From contig JAGOSG010000003.1 of assembly GCA_018062445.1 (NCBI GenBank), forward strand, positions 29,842 to 93,841: a DNA stretch of 64,000 bases. The letters are read 5' to 3'. The DNA is from Minisyncoccota bacterium (GTDB lineage: Bacteria; Patescibacteriota; Minisyncoccia; Phycocordibacterales; Phycocordibacteraceae). This document shows positions 1-10,020 of the stretch, piece after piece. The notes beneath the pieces were generated by a model that saw only the letters and a list, made by a program, of their open reading frames with translations, searched no databases and was not told the origin of the DNA. A program made the translations under genes and the position numbers. The number at the start of each line of letters is the position of its first letter. Within the stretch, counting starts at the first letter, position 1.

Positions 1-19
1 GCTTTCAGGGGGACATTGG

Positions 20-60
20 TTAGGGGACAAAGTTAGCTTTCGACCCCTCGCTTTTAGGGA
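20..60. repeat. family B (TTAGGG/GTTTAGGG-type) motif copy
   Basis: ttaggggacaaagttagctttcgacccctcgcttttagggagg. Confidence 0.4.
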
Positions 61-74
61 GGAGTTGGAGGTTA

Positions 75-112
75 GAAGCTGGAAGCCGACAGCTGAAACC
101 TGACAGCTACTC
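75..112. repeat. family A intergenic repeat copy
   Basis: gaagctggaagccgacagctgaaacctgacagctactc; 3' of virB4. Confidence 0.6.
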
Positions 113-1918
113 AGATGCTTCCCTCTTCTGTTGGGCTATTGCAAGCAGTTGAGATGGGTCTGAGGTGATTATTTGGTCTTCAGTGTAGGATGCAATTATT
201 TTTATGGCGACATGTTTGAGCCCCGCGAAGAAAATCCCCTCACCCACATCAGATTCAAGCAGAAGGTATTTTTCTTCCTCCGTGAGGTTGAATGTTTTTT
301 GTACGGCATCTATGGATGTTGGTGATTGCTTCAAAAGAAGTTGGATTGATGAGTTAGTAAGCATCGGCAGTCCGTAGGGTGATTTTAGGAAGTCCTCAAC
401 ATCTTGAGTAATGGTAGCGAGACCAAGATAGTATTTTCTTCCGCGCTTTGCCATTCCGTAAAGGAACGCTGCAGTATCTTCTGATTTCATCATCCACCAC
501 GCCTCATCAATAACAAGAAGTCGTTTGCGCAAATCTTTTCTCACCGCATTCCAAATGAAGTGCGTAATGATGTACATCGCAATCGTTTTCAGTTCATCCT
601 CCATGTTCCGAACCGAGAACGCAACGAACTTTTTGTTGATGTCCACATTGGTTGGTCGATTAATAAAGCCAGACCATGTGCCCTTGGTGTATTTTGTGAT
701 TCTCTGAACTAAAGACTCACTTCCTTCCATGCCAGCAAGTACCAATTCGAAGTCAGAAAGGAGCGGTGGTTCCATGTTGGTGAAGTCGTTCGCACCAGTA
801 ATGTCTTTGAGTGCATATGTTTCTGTAATTGCGCGGTCAATAATTGCATCTTCTTCAGGAGTAAGACCTCCGAGCATTAAGCGAAATAGTCCCACGAGGT
901 TGATGATGTTTGAGCGGAGAATATCAGCTGGCGATTCATCTTCGCGAGGCACAGGCAAATCAAAAGGATTGATGCGATTTTCTGATGAGAGCGAGATATT
1001 GAAAAATCTTCCACCCACCGCATTTGCAAGATATTCATACTCGCTTTCAGGGTCTATAACAATGACCTCCGTGTCGAACATCAATGACCTCAAGATTTCA
1101 AGTTTTGTGCCGTATGATTTTCCTGAACCTGATTTTGCAAAGGTTACCGAATTGTAGTTTTCAAGTGAAAATCTATCAAAAAGAATCAATGATGAGTTGT
1201 GTCTGTTTATGCCGTAGAGAATTCCTTTATCGCTCGTAAGGTCGAAGGAAATAAACGGGAAGAAACTTGAGAGTGGTGCAGAATTCATCTTTGAATTAAC
1301 CGCCAGTTGGTCATCCCCTATTGGTATGACACTCTTGAATCCTTGTTCTTGTTGGAACAGGGCGGGTTTTATGTAGACAAGCTTTGAGTCAAGAATTGAG
1401 CGCATTTCTGCTTCAGTTTTGTCCAATTCGTCTTGGTTTGTGCCGTAAATTGAGATATAGAGGCCTACATCAAATACTCGTTCTTGCGCTTGTTGGAGTT
1501 GATTTCTGAGTTGCTCGATGTCTTGGTAGGCCGTGTCGAGCATTGGATCCCGCACCATCCCTTTTTCTTGACGGGTCATGATTTGGCTCTGTACCTCAGC
1601 AACTTTTTTCTGAAACTTCCGGAGAATTGCCGCAGTGTCTACAGGATGAATGAATATAGAAATATCGAGCACTCGGTCACGATTAATGATTGGTGCGAAC
1701 CATGTTCCCGATAGGAATCGAGGATACGAAATTACGTAGAATGTGCGCACCAACTTGTCGCCCAAGTTCATTTCACGCGGGGTAATTTTCAGAGCTGATG
1801 GTGCAATGATGTCTGCAAAGTCGAGTTTCGCAGCTTCATAAATATCCTTAGGTAAAAAAGGAGTTAGGGCGTCCTTATTTTTCCCAGCGTTACCTAAAAA
1901 TGTATCGAAGATTCCCAT
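107..1918 (-). CDS. virB4: VirB4/TrbE/TraE-family conjugal-transfer ATPase, C-terminal ATPase portion of a split gene
   Basis: Walker A FAKSGSGKSY, Walker B LLVIDEAWWMM, CagE/TrbE/VirB-type N-region; 603 aa. Confidence 0.8.
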   Translation of the reverse strand: MGIFDTFLGNAGKNKDALTPFLPKDIYEAAKLDFADIIAPSALKITPREMNLGDKLVRTFYVISYPRFLSGTWFAPIINRDRVLDISIFIHPVDTAAILRKFQKKVAEVQSQIMTRQEKGMVRDPMLDTAYQDIEQLRNQLQQAQERVFDVGLYISIYGTNQDELDKTEAEMRSILDSKLVYIKPALFQQEQGFKSVIPIGDDQLAVNSKMNSAPLSSFFPFISFDLTSDKGILYGINRHNSSLILFDRFSLENYNSVTFAKSGSGKSYGTKLEILRSLMFDTEVIVIDPESEYEYLANAVGGRFFNISLSSENRINPFDLPVPREDESPADILRSNIINLVGLFRLMLGGLTPEEDAIIDRAITETYALKDITGANDFTNMEPPLLSDFELVLAGMEGSESLVQRITKYTKGTWSGFINRPTNVDINKKFVAFSVRNMEDELKTIAMYIITHFIWNAVRKDLRKRLLVIDEAWWMMKSEDTAAFLYGMAKRGRKYYLGLATITQDVEDFLKSPYGLPMLTNSSIQLLLKQSPTSIDAVQKTFNLTEEEKYLLLESDVGEGIFFAGLKHVAIKIIASYTEDQIITSDPSQLLAIAQQKREASE

Positions 1919-1920
1919 AA

Positions 1921-2592
1921 TTATATAAATGGTGCGTTAGTTTGATCCACAACGATTGGTTTTTCCAATTCCCCAGGATTGAACTCTTTGTAGAGAAGTT
2001 CTATGACCTCTTCAGTGCCGAGAGGAACAGTTCGCACACCTGTTCGGGCCAACCCTTGTTCCACTACCCCCATTCTCTGCTCTAACTGTGTACGGTGTTC
2101 CTCAAAACCAATAGCATTTTCATCTCTCGATGACAGATTTGTCTTCCCAAACACTTTATTTTGCACTGCCTTTTTTATATCAAGAGCTGGTGGAGAGTAT
2201 GGAACAACAATAAAAAAATGTTTACTCATAATGTTCGCTCTCTCAATGAATGTTTTGATGAACTCTATATATTCGCGCACCTGTATTTTCATCAGTTCCT
2301 CTGTCTGCGCTTTAAGTCGTTCCTCCAGAAGTGCTATGTACGGCCTGATATCGAGTTTTCGAGATTGTATGAAAAACTGAACACTGAAATCAAGCGAATT
2401 CATAAAGCTCTGAAATTGCGAGAGTATGGCGTTTTGTTCGTCCTCTGACTTAAGTGCAAAGTTAATACTTGAAGCAAGCATTACACCGACGAGTGTGCCG
2501 CCTTTCATTACCATCACGCCCCCACGGACTTCCTTTACTGGAACGAAGTCCTGAGCCGCTTTTGTTTTTTTTGTTTTTTCGTCACCAGACAT
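1921..2592 (-). CDS. VirB4 N-terminal domain encoded as a separate ORF (split/frameshifted VirB4)
   Basis: DFVPVKEVRGG..INFALKSEDEQ..SVQF matches Gram-positive VirB4 (PrgJ/TcpF-type) N-termini; stop TAA then 2 nt then ATG of the ATPase ORF. Confidence 0.6.
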   Translation of the reverse strand: MSGDEKTKKTKAAQDFVPVKEVRGGVMVMKGGTLVGVMLASSINFALKSEDEQNAILSQFQSFMNSLDFSVQFFIQSRKLDIRPYIALLEERLKAQTEELMKIQVREYIEFIKTFIERANIMSKHFFIVVPYSPPALDIKKAVQNKVFGKTNLSSRDENAIGFEEHRTQLEQRMGVVEQGLARTGVRTVPLGTEEVIELLYKEFNPGELEKPIVVDQTNAPFI

Positions 2593-2600
2593 AATGTAAT

Positions 2601-2635
2601 AAGCTTCCAGCTGTCAGGTTCCGGCTTTCAGCTTC
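2601..2635. repeat. family A repeat, left inverted repeat flanking the four-helix-bundle gene
   Basis: aagcttccagctgtcaggttccggctttcagcttc; encodes the last residues of the ORF. Confidence 0.6.
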
Positions 2636-2997
2636 TCAATCATTGAAGCAAGCATTCGCCCGATCTCTTTTAGGGAAGCGATACAATCATTATACTCCAC
2701 CTCTTTGATGAATCTTAGATCTTTTGCAATTTCAATTTGTGTTTCCAGCTCACAAAGAGAGCCAACTGACATATAAAGAAATTGCACGAAATCTTTCCTG
2801 CTTCTGCGTCCCCTTCCCTCCGCGATATTCGATGGTATGGATATGGCAGACCGTCTCATCTGGGATGTCAGCCCAAACTTTTCTTCAGTCGGAAAAGAAT
2901 TTGTTATTTTATATAAGCGAATTACGAAGTCTTTTGATTTTTGCCACACCACTAAGTCACGATACGAGAGTATTTTTTGATTTTGAGTTGATGCCAT
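2614..2997 (-). CDS. four-helix-bundle protein (23S rRNA intervening-sequence protein family)
   Basis: YRDLVVWQKS..FP..E.FGLTSQ.RRSAISIPSNIAEG.GR signature; flanked by inverted repeats. Confidence 0.8.
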   Translation of the reverse strand: MASTQNQKILSYRDLVVWQKSKDFVIRLYKITNSFPTEEKFGLTSQMRRSAISIPSNIAEGRGRRSRKDFVQFLYMSVGSLCELETQIEIAKDLRFIKEVEYNDCIASLKEIGRMLASMIEKLKAGT

Positions 2998-3005
2998 TGA
3001 AGTTA

Positions 3006-3040
3006 AAAAGCTGGAAGCTGACAGCTGGAACCTGAAACCT
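3006..3040. repeat. family A repeat, right inverted repeat flanking the four-helix-bundle gene
   Basis: aaaagctggaagctgacagctggaacctgaaacct; inverted relative to 2601-2635. Confidence 0.6.
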
Positions 3041-3479
3041 ACCCCCGCTGTTTCTTGTCACTATACATACTCTCCTTTATATCCAAGCTCCACGCTAAGT
3101 CTTTAATTTTGTTTGAAGTGGCTGAGGGGGCATATTTTGCTGGATCTTCAGCGGGTGTTTGCCCAGGTAGAACAATTTCGTCAGGGAGGACAGTTTTTGA
3201 TTGTTTCTTTTCCCAAATATAGAGTTTTGTGCGAAAAAGGTACTGAAAGCCAGATTCGAGAGCGTTTATAAGTGGTCGGTCATTAATTTTATAGAATGCG
3301 AGCCCAGCACCCAACAGTGCGATTGGTCCACCAATAACTATTGCCAACCAGTGAGGCATAACAAACCAGAGGGCTACGAGAAACCCTCCTCCCCCGACGA
3401 GGTATATAAACTGTACTGCGGTCAGAGGGCCGAAAATTTTGTCTTCAACTTCAACGAATTGAGGAACTTGGAATTGCAT
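3039..3479 (-). CDS. PrgI/VirB3-like conjugation membrane protein
   Basis: N-terminus MQFQVPQFVEVEDKIFGPLTAVQF typical of PrgI family; two TM helices; sits upstream of VirB4. Confidence 0.6.
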   Translation of the reverse strand: MQFQVPQFVEVEDKIFGPLTAVQFIYLVGGGGFLVALWFVMPHWLAIVIGGPIALLGAGLAFYKINDRPLINALESGFQYLFRTKLYIWEKKQSKTVLPDEIVLPGQTPAEDPAKYAPSATSNKIKDLAWSLDIKESMYSDKKQRG

Positions 3480-3486
3480 ACTAATA

Positions 3487-3600
3487 AGAGTATAGCGTTT
3501 AGTAGTTAGCGTCTAGTGTTTTTCATCTAGTCATGGCTTCTAAAAACTTTTATAGCCATCGAAGTTAATGGAGTATTTCTTTAGAATTTCCCTAAACTCT
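3487..3600. repeat. family B motif pair in inverted orientation upstream of the PrgI-like gene
   Basis: tatagcgtttagtagttagcgtctagtg ... ccctaaactctatccactaacccc. Confidence 0.45.
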
Positions 3601-3622
3601 ATCCACTAACCCCTTTCCACTG

Positions 3623-4396
3623 TTACTCTACTGGCTCTCGGTACGGGTCAACCCCTCCTTTGTACGCTGGTTTTGGCGCTTCACTTACCTGTGGTTTTAT
3701 CGATGTGGGGTTTTGGGTTGCGGATGGAGTGCTATCTGTGGTTACTCCTTCTAATTTTTCTTCTGAGATTGGCGTTACCGGTATATCCGTTTCAGTTTTT
3801 TTAGTTTCAGGAGATGCATCTGCAACTAGTCCTAGTTTTTCCGCAACAATGCTTACTGAGGGTGTGTTTACGATTTCTTTTAATGTGACCGATGCTGTTG
3901 CGAGGCGTTTTTTTTCAGCTTCAGCCTCTGCTATTTCTTCAGGGTCAACCCAGCCTTCGATTTCTTCTTTTTCTGCGAGAGCGTCTAATTCTGCATCGGT
4001 CGGCATTCTGGTAGCTTCAGCTCCCTCTTGTGGCTTCGGGCCGAACTCTTCAGCATCCCACCCAGGCTCTGGTTCCATGATATTTTCACGGAGACGGCGA
4101 CTCGCCTCTTTGAAGATGCGGTCATTGAGATCATTTACTATCTCACGCATGGTTGCACTGCTAAGCTCAGGAAGAGCTTGATGGAGGTTGGTTTCAAGTG
4201 CCGACATAGGCTCTAGACCAAGCAGGGTAAGATTGGCAACCTTGCTCATTAAACTACCTTGCCATAAGTTAAGGTGGTTTTTTTTGATTAATCCGTCGTA
4301 TATTTCTGTGATTGTGTTCGAGCTTAAAAAGTCGCGAACTGGTTTCGGCAGTTTATCTTTTGCTTCCGCCCTCTCTTCTTTGGAGTATGTTTTCAT
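3623..4396 (-). CDS. hypothetical acidic protein, low-complexity C-terminus
   Basis: ORF in T4SS-like cluster; no recognisable domain. Confidence 0.45.
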   Translation of the reverse strand: MKTYSKEERAEAKDKLPKPVRDFLSSNTITEIYDGLIKKNHLNLWQGSLMSKVANLTLLGLEPMSALETNLHQALPELSSATMREIVNDLNDRIFKEASRRLRENIMEPEPGWDAEEFGPKPQEGAEATRMPTDAELDALAEKEEIEGWVDPEEIAEAEAEKKRLATASVTLKEIVNTPSVSIVAEKLGLVADASPETKKTETDIPVTPISEEKLEGVTTDSTPSATQNPTSIKPQVSEAPKPAYKGGVDPYREPVE

Positions 4397-4402
4397 ATAT
4401 TG

Positions 4403-7400
4403 TTAACTTCCAAAAGTATCCGTGTAAGCCGTCTCTTGTTCAGGAGTTAAGTGTTTCTGTTTACGCATTTCATCTAACCATGCTCGTGCTGAGTCACGTA
4501 TTGTACCCCCTGCTTTTACAGCGCGAATGAGGCCCCAGATAATAGCTCTCATTTTTGCTGGTGCAATGTACGTGTCTGTTTCGATGGCCTTTAGCTGCCT
4601 ACTGTCGAGTTCCTGAATGAAGTCTCTGCTTCCTAACATTTCTTCGGGCAATTCTTTCACAAGTTCAGCTGCTTCTGCTGGTGGAAGGTTATGGATGAGT
4701 GGTGCAATATCTTCGATGACCGTCGGCGTTTCAGGCACAGGAGGTGTCTCAGGGCTTTCTGGTGCTGCGCCTTCAGTCTGTATAGTAGTTGGCGCTGAAC
4801 CCGAAGAAGTTGCTCGACTTCGTAGTGCACTTGCAATACGAGATCGTGGTGTTTCTTCAAATTCGATTTGCCTCTCGATTGGCTGTCGGCTCACGGCAGA
4901 TGCATTCCTCTCCGCTATAGTCTCTATCTCGCTTGTTCGTCCTAGTCGGGACTCAACTTCTTCAAGTGACGCCATACCAAGACGTCTTCGTTCCTCGTTT
5001 ACCCTCTTTCGCATTTCGTCTGTGACCTCGTATTTTGATTGGCCGTCAGGGTTAGTGAGAATCCACTTTATGGCACTCTCATCACCGTAGACCAACATAC
5101 TGACACCCTGGTCTTCCATCCATACCGTATCTTTTGCAAGTCCGTATGCTTGACCAGCGTTAATGTATTTACCCATAAGCCGCTTACCCAAATCTTCCTG
5201 CTTCATTTCGTCTTGGATTTCGTTTGCCGCCTTTCCTTTGGCATATTTGAAGAAGTTATCTTCGGCGGTCTTTCTTTTTTCTGCCGCTCTGCGCACGTCT
5301 TGGTTTCGGCGGATCTTTCTCAGTTGCGCTTCCTGATCGCTCGTTATGATGCCCTTCTCGGTTTGTTCGCGCATTCGTGTATCAAACTCTTTGTCTGAGA
5401 GAGAGTCACCGTTTTCATCAAATGCATTTCTGGAAAGGAGATTTCGTTCCTGTTCACTCAGTCCCCTAGAAATGCTATTGCCTTGTTCATCTTTGTCTTG
5501 GATTGTGATTGTGTTGAAGACAGCGCTCGCTTCATCGTCAATTTTGAAGTTTATGTTTCCACGACGACGCTTGAGTGCACGCAACTTTCGTTTCTTTCCG
5601 CTCGCGATTCTAGAGTTTTTTTGTAGCTGTGTGTAAACCCCACTTGTTATTGCATCGTTGAATATTTCATTTTCCTGTAGACCCATTTCGAGACCTGGGT
5701 TTGACGTAAAGAAGTCAATTAATTCGTCAGCGGAGACGTTTTTCTTAAGCTCCTCATGGAGCCAGTAGCGTTTATCATTATACTCATCGCTGTATCTAAG
5801 TATTTTGCCCGCTGCCTTAGCTTCGTCCGTTAGTCTTCCATCAGCGGTGAGGTATTTTTCGTCTCCTTTCTTTGTGTCGACCGCATCCACGACTCTTGCT
5901 TCAAAGGCTTGGGCTGAAGTCATAACACCACCGAGGCGAGCCATTCGTATCTCGTCTCTTGTTTCACGGTCTATTGTCTTGTCCTTAACGATTTCGAGGG
6001 ACTGTTCTGTGGTGAGTGCTCGTGCCAACCTTTTGAACTCTGCTTTGTTACGTTTGTACTCTTCCTTAATGAGGTCAGTCGAGACATCGGCAAATGGCTG
6101 TTTCAGTTGATCAGTTGCATCGGCCATGGTGAGCATGATTTTCTCTCCATTCTTATCTACTGCCCCCGTATCGAACTTCTCCGTTCGCTTTAAGCGGTCG
6201 TTGTACGCGAATTTATTTTCCCAACCCCAGTTTCCGTCCTTATCTTTTACCCAACGTCTTCCTTCCCAGAGCGGTACGCCGTTCTTATCGATCTTGTTTC
6301 CATTTTGGTCCACCTTATCTCCGTCTTGCTTTCGCTTTGCTGTCCACTCCGCCCTCTCCTCGTCGTTCATCTTGTGCCAGTTTTTAGGAAGACCTGCTTT
6401 CACGAGGTCTTCCTTGCTGGATTTTCCGGTTATCTTTATGTCGTCTTCACCTTTCGCCACTGCCTTGTCGAACGCAGCTTTTACTGTAGCTTCTTGATCG
6501 AGGTGACCTCCTTTTTTTAGAGCATCCTCCTTTTTCTTGACGTAGTCGCTGACATTCGCGAGTTTGATAGTGCGTTGTTCTCTTTGCTCCTTCAAGTCCC
6601 CATAACTTGTCTTGCTACCAAACTTTGCATCTTTAAGAAACTTAGTGCCTTTCTGTATGCCACGGTCAAGAGTGGCGAGTCCTGGAACTTGGTCGAGGCG
6701 TCTTCCGCCAAGGAATCCCCATTCTCTTGCTGCAATTTTCTCTTCGTACCAGTGTCCAAGTTTATCGCCACCAAATCTCCCGATAGTTTCTCGCGCTGTC
6801 ATAGCCCCAACGTTAGTAGTAACCCAATTTGAAGCCTTGTATACATCGGTAAGGCGTTTTGCAGCTTCACTCATACCTTTAGCGATTTTGAGTGACTGCA
6901 ACATAAAGATTACTGCCACCATGAAAGTGAGTAGTGTGCCAATGAGGTTGGGACTTTCTCCGCTGAATGCGCCACTGGAATTATCAAGAATAGTGAGAGA
7001 AAAACCAACAAGAAGAAAGTACACGGGGGCAAAAAATGCCTGACTGAAAAGCGCTTCCCACCACTCCTTGGCGTATCTATTTATTTGCGGGATGGCAAGA
7101 CCGGCTATGCCGATTGGTGAGGTGATGAGAATGAGAATCAATGCGACGAATCGTCCCAATAATAGTGTGATAGCAGACAGAAATACAAATATTGTGATAC
7201 CAATGACTACGATAGCCAAAAGATCTTGCACGATTGCCATCCACTGGGAATCTTGTTTGATATCCCCAACTTTTTCATCTGCCAGATATGCCGCTATGTT
7301 GTGATTGTTGGTCCGGATGACTCTGTCAAAACGAGAAACAATGGTACAGCTCTCCCTACAATTTTCTGTGGATATGGTTGCCTTGTAGATTGCTGTAGCG

Positions 7401-8011
7401 AGAAAGTTAGAAGAATCAATAACAGCTCCTGCGAAAAAGAAACTAAAGTTTACAAGAAGAGCTGCAATGATGAGTCGCACCAAAAGTTTTTGGGCGTTTA
7501 TTGCTGCAAGATGCAGAATGGTACCAATGGCAGTTGCAATAAGGCCACCAATTATAGCGAGGTTTGCAAGGTCACGCATAATACGCCACGCGATTTGTAT
7601 ACCAACAGCGTCTGATGAGGTGACAAAGTGCCCCATGTTGACGACTAGCTGCTCCACAACGAAATTGAAAAAGCTTCCTACGAGGAAAAGAATAAATGTC
7701 ATTATTTGCACCAGTAGCCAGGTGATTATATGGAGGATGCCCCCAATAAGCTCTCCAAGAGGGTCTATCACGGCATCTTTTATTGCTTCCGCTATCCTGG
7801 CACCAGCCGCACCTTGTTCTGCTGAGTAGGTGGCTTCTGCAGTTTGTTGAGCTGTCGCAGCTTCAGGTGCAACAGTTGCAAGACCGCCAGCCGCCCCGCT
7901 TGCTCCAGGCTCCCCAGCAAATGCTAGATGTGAAGGCACCACAAACCCAGCGAGAGTAATGGTGAGTAAAAGAATTAAAAAAACTTTCTTCATGTCTAAT
8001 AGGTTCTGCAT
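4403..8011 (-). CDS. VirB6/TrbL-like polytopic membrane protein with ~800-aa charged coiled-coil-rich C-terminal extension
   Basis: Signal-like N-terminus, ~6-8 TM helices in the first 400 aa, then K/E/D/R-rich hydrophilic region; 1202 aa. Confidence 0.6.
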   Translation of the reverse strand: MQNLLDMKKVFLILLLTITLAGFVVPSHLAFAGEPGASGAAGGLATVAPEAATAQQTAEATYSAEQGAAGARIAEAIKDAVIDPLGELIGGILHIITWLLVQIMTFILFLVGSFFNFVVEQLVVNMGHFVTSSDAVGIQIAWRIMRDLANLAIIGGLIATAIGTILHLAAINAQKLLVRLIIAALLVNFSFFFAGAVIDSSNFLATAIYKATISTENCRESCTIVSRFDRVIRTNNHNIAAYLADEKVGDIKQDSQWMAIVQDLLAIVVIGITIFVFLSAITLLLGRFVALILILITSPIGIAGLAIPQINRYAKEWWEALFSQAFFAPVYFLLVGFSLTILDNSSGAFSGESPNLIGTLLTFMVAVIFMLQSLKIAKGMSEAAKRLTDVYKASNWVTTNVGAMTARETIGRFGGDKLGHWYEEKIAAREWGFLGGRRLDQVPGLATLDRGIQKGTKFLKDAKFGSKTSYGDLKEQREQRTIKLANVSDYVKKKEDALKKGGHLDQEATVKAAFDKAVAKGEDDIKITGKSSKEDLVKAGLPKNWHKMNDEERAEWTAKRKQDGDKVDQNGNKIDKNGVPLWEGRRWVKDKDGNWGWENKFAYNDRLKRTEKFDTGAVDKNGEKIMLTMADATDQLKQPFADVSTDLIKEEYKRNKAEFKRLARALTTEQSLEIVKDKTIDRETRDEIRMARLGGVMTSAQAFEARVVDAVDTKKGDEKYLTADGRLTDEAKAAGKILRYSDEYNDKRYWLHEELKKNVSADELIDFFTSNPGLEMGLQENEIFNDAITSGVYTQLQKNSRIASGKKRKLRALKRRRGNINFKIDDEASAVFNTITIQDKDEQGNSISRGLSEQERNLLSRNAFDENGDSLSDKEFDTRMREQTEKGIITSDQEAQLRKIRRNQDVRRAAEKRKTAEDNFFKYAKGKAANEIQDEMKQEDLGKRLMGKYINAGQAYGLAKDTVWMEDQGVSMLVYGDESAIKWILTNPDGQSKYEVTDEMRKRVNEERRRLGMASLEEVESRLGRTSEIETIAERNASAVSRQPIERQIEFEETPRSRIASALRSRATSSGSAPTTIQTEGAAPESPETPPVPETPTVIEDIAPLIHNLPPAEAAELVKELPEEMLGSRDFIQELDSRQLKAIETDTYIAPAKMRAIIWGLIRAVKAGGTIRDSARAWLDEMRKQKHLTPEQETAYTDTFGS

Positions 8012-10020
8012 TGGGCTAGCTCTGTAGTTGCGGTTGCGGTCATTTCTGCGAGCAATGTTTTAGATGCATCACGGTCATTGGTAAGAGAAGCGAGGTTATT
8101 TTGCGTATGTATAGGTCCATATGTTTTGAGAGAGTTGAATGCCTCAGAGAGCGCGTTAATTTCAGTAGAAGTTTCAGCACTCCCTACCTCCGATTGCAGT
8201 GCTTCGAGTGATGAAGAGGTGCTGTCTGAATTATCAAACGCAACTGAAGCTAATTCTATTTGGGGAGTGAGCGTAGTATGAACCGTTGAAGATGCCTGGT
8301 TCATTTTTGTGGTTGCCGTTGCAGAATCAATACCCAATCCTCCGCCCTTAGTGACGAGAGCTAGGTAGCAAGCTTGCACAGAAACATACCCGCTCTTTGT
8401 GTTCTCTAGATTAAGAATCATGTCGGCAAGAGTGGCTTGGTATGCGTATTCGATCACCAGCGATTTTTCTATGTTGTCGTTTAAGGTAAGTTTTGTTTGG
8501 TTTGCAGCACTGGCGCCGGTGTTTTGAGTTAGGTTATCAAGATATGAACCATTTCCCGTTGAGCTTTTATTAGACAGCCCAACTAAGCCTTTCAAGCTTG
8601 TGAGAGCCTGCTGACCGAGCTGTGCAAATAAAGAATTTACCAAGCTTCCAATATCATTTGCATTTTGTTGTTGACGCGCACCACTGAGCTGTGTGTCAGT
8701 GTGTACATCTTTTTGGTCAACCCCCGGCGTTGCAACTGCGTATGTTTGTAAGACTAAACATTCTTCCTCCGTGCCTGCCGTACTCCCGTCGCTACAAGTT
8801 ACTTTCGGATAGAACCCCTGACCATCACGGAGCTGTCGTTCTCTGTCGGCGGCAGCCAAAGTGTTTCTCTCCTGGATATACTTTTGGGTAATCATGGTGA
8901 GGCCTTCTGCTGTGCAACCATTCGTCAGAGTAATTGCTAGTCGTGTAGTACGTCTTTCGTCATCTGTTGAACCACATTGTGTAATATCTTTCATACACGC
9001 AACAACATCCACTTTCTCTGCTGGAGGGCATGCTACTTGCTCCGCAAAACTTGTTTTTAAATTAGTATTAGCCACTACATTTCTTTGAACTACAGGAACA
9101 AGAGATGGGACAATTCCACTGTTTGTTAGTAGATTATCAACGACATTTCTAGTGATTATGTCGTTGGTTGTGTGAGTGATTTCTACCAAAGATCTATTTT
9201 CAAAGATTGGCCCACCGTCTCTACCTGTGGTTGTGTATCTGGTATTTTCTTCAGCGAGTCGTGCTGTTGCGTCTATACGAGTTTTGCGTACTAAGACATT
9301 TTGTATACAGGTTACTTCAAGTTGCGTATCTTGGTCAGCTTGAATTTGTTTTGTGTTCCCTTGGATTTTCTGGTTAACATCATGGATTTTTTGAGTGTTG
9401 CTCTGCACCGTGCTGTCGCTCACTGGCACGGCACCCATTCCTCCGCCTATCAAACCTAATGCGCCTCCGGCGAGACCTCCGAGGCCACCACTTCCACCGA
9501 GCAAGCCCCCAATAGAGCCACCAATCCCACTGCTACTCCCGCCAAGTAATCCACTCACGGCGCCACCTATACTGCTTCCGCTACTTCCACCGAGTAAGTT
9601 TCCAACTACATTTCCCAAGCCTGAGCTACTGAGAATACTGCTTATGTTTCCATTACTACCGAGGAGACTTGAAATTATTTGGCCCGTCTGACTTCCGCCG
9701 GTAATGCTGCTGATAATTCCACTTATGTTACCGCCCTGCGCACCACTTAAAAGAGAACTGAGGTTACCTCCTTGGAATAATGATCCAAGTATTCCCGATA
9801 TTGAGCCAAGAGAACCTTGTGAGTTTGATTTACATCCTGCGACTTCAGCAGATTTACTGCTGTCGGTATCTGTGCCTGATGAAGAGAGGTTAATGTCGTT
9901 CGGCAATCCTGGGAGTAGTGTTGGATTGGTATCAATAGTTGTTGCTTCTATTGTCTCGCCAGCCGATACAGACAATGGAGCAAGAGCAAGTAACAAAATT
10001 ATGAGAATTATTTTTTTCAT
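7996..10020 (-). CDS. secreted Gly/Ser-rich repeat protein with Cys-containing C-terminal region (T4SS-associated surface protein?)
   Basis: Signal peptide MKKIILIILLLALAPLSVSA; GGLLGGS repeat tract; 16-nt overlap with upstream gene. Confidence 0.55.
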   Translation of the reverse strand: MKKIILIILLLALAPLSVSAGETIEATTIDTNPTLLPGLPNDINLSSSGTDTDSSKSAEVAGCKSNSQGSLGSISGILGSLFQGGNLSSLLSGAQGGNISGIISSITGGSQTGQIISSLLGSNGNISSILSSSGLGNVVGNLLGGSSGSSIGGAVSGLLGGSSSGIGGSIGGLLGGSGGLGGLAGGALGLIGGGMGAVPVSDSTVQSNTQKIHDVNQKIQGNTKQIQADQDTQLEVTCIQNVLVRKTRIDATARLAEENTRYTTTGRDGGPIFENRSLVEITHTTNDIITRNVVDNLLTNSGIVPSLVPVVQRNVVANTNLKTSFAEQVACPPAEKVDVVACMKDITQCGSTDDERRTTRLAITLTNGCTAEGLTMITQKYIQERNTLAAADRERQLRDGQGFYPKVTCSDGSTAGTEEECLVLQTYAVATPGVDQKDVHTDTQLSGARQQQNANDIGSLVNSLFAQLGQQALTSLKGLVGLSNKSSTGNGSYLDNLTQNTGASAANQTKLTLNDNIEKSLVIEYAYQATLADMILNLENTKSGYVSVQACYLALVTKGGGLGIDSATATTKMNQASSTVHTTLTPQIELASVAFDNSDSTSSSLEALQSEVGSAETSTEINALSEAFNSLKTYGPIHTQNNLASLTNDRDASKTLLAEMTATATTELAQCRTY

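Noticed and set aside
4617-7829. Numerous 60-160-aa ORFs on the plus strand inside the 1202-aa VirB6-like gene (e.g. 4617-5090, 5039-5398, 6612-7043, 7467-7829)
   Set aside because: Antisense to a long, well-supported CDS, low-complexity Ser/Ala/Arg-rich translations with no motifs. Typical shadow ORFs.
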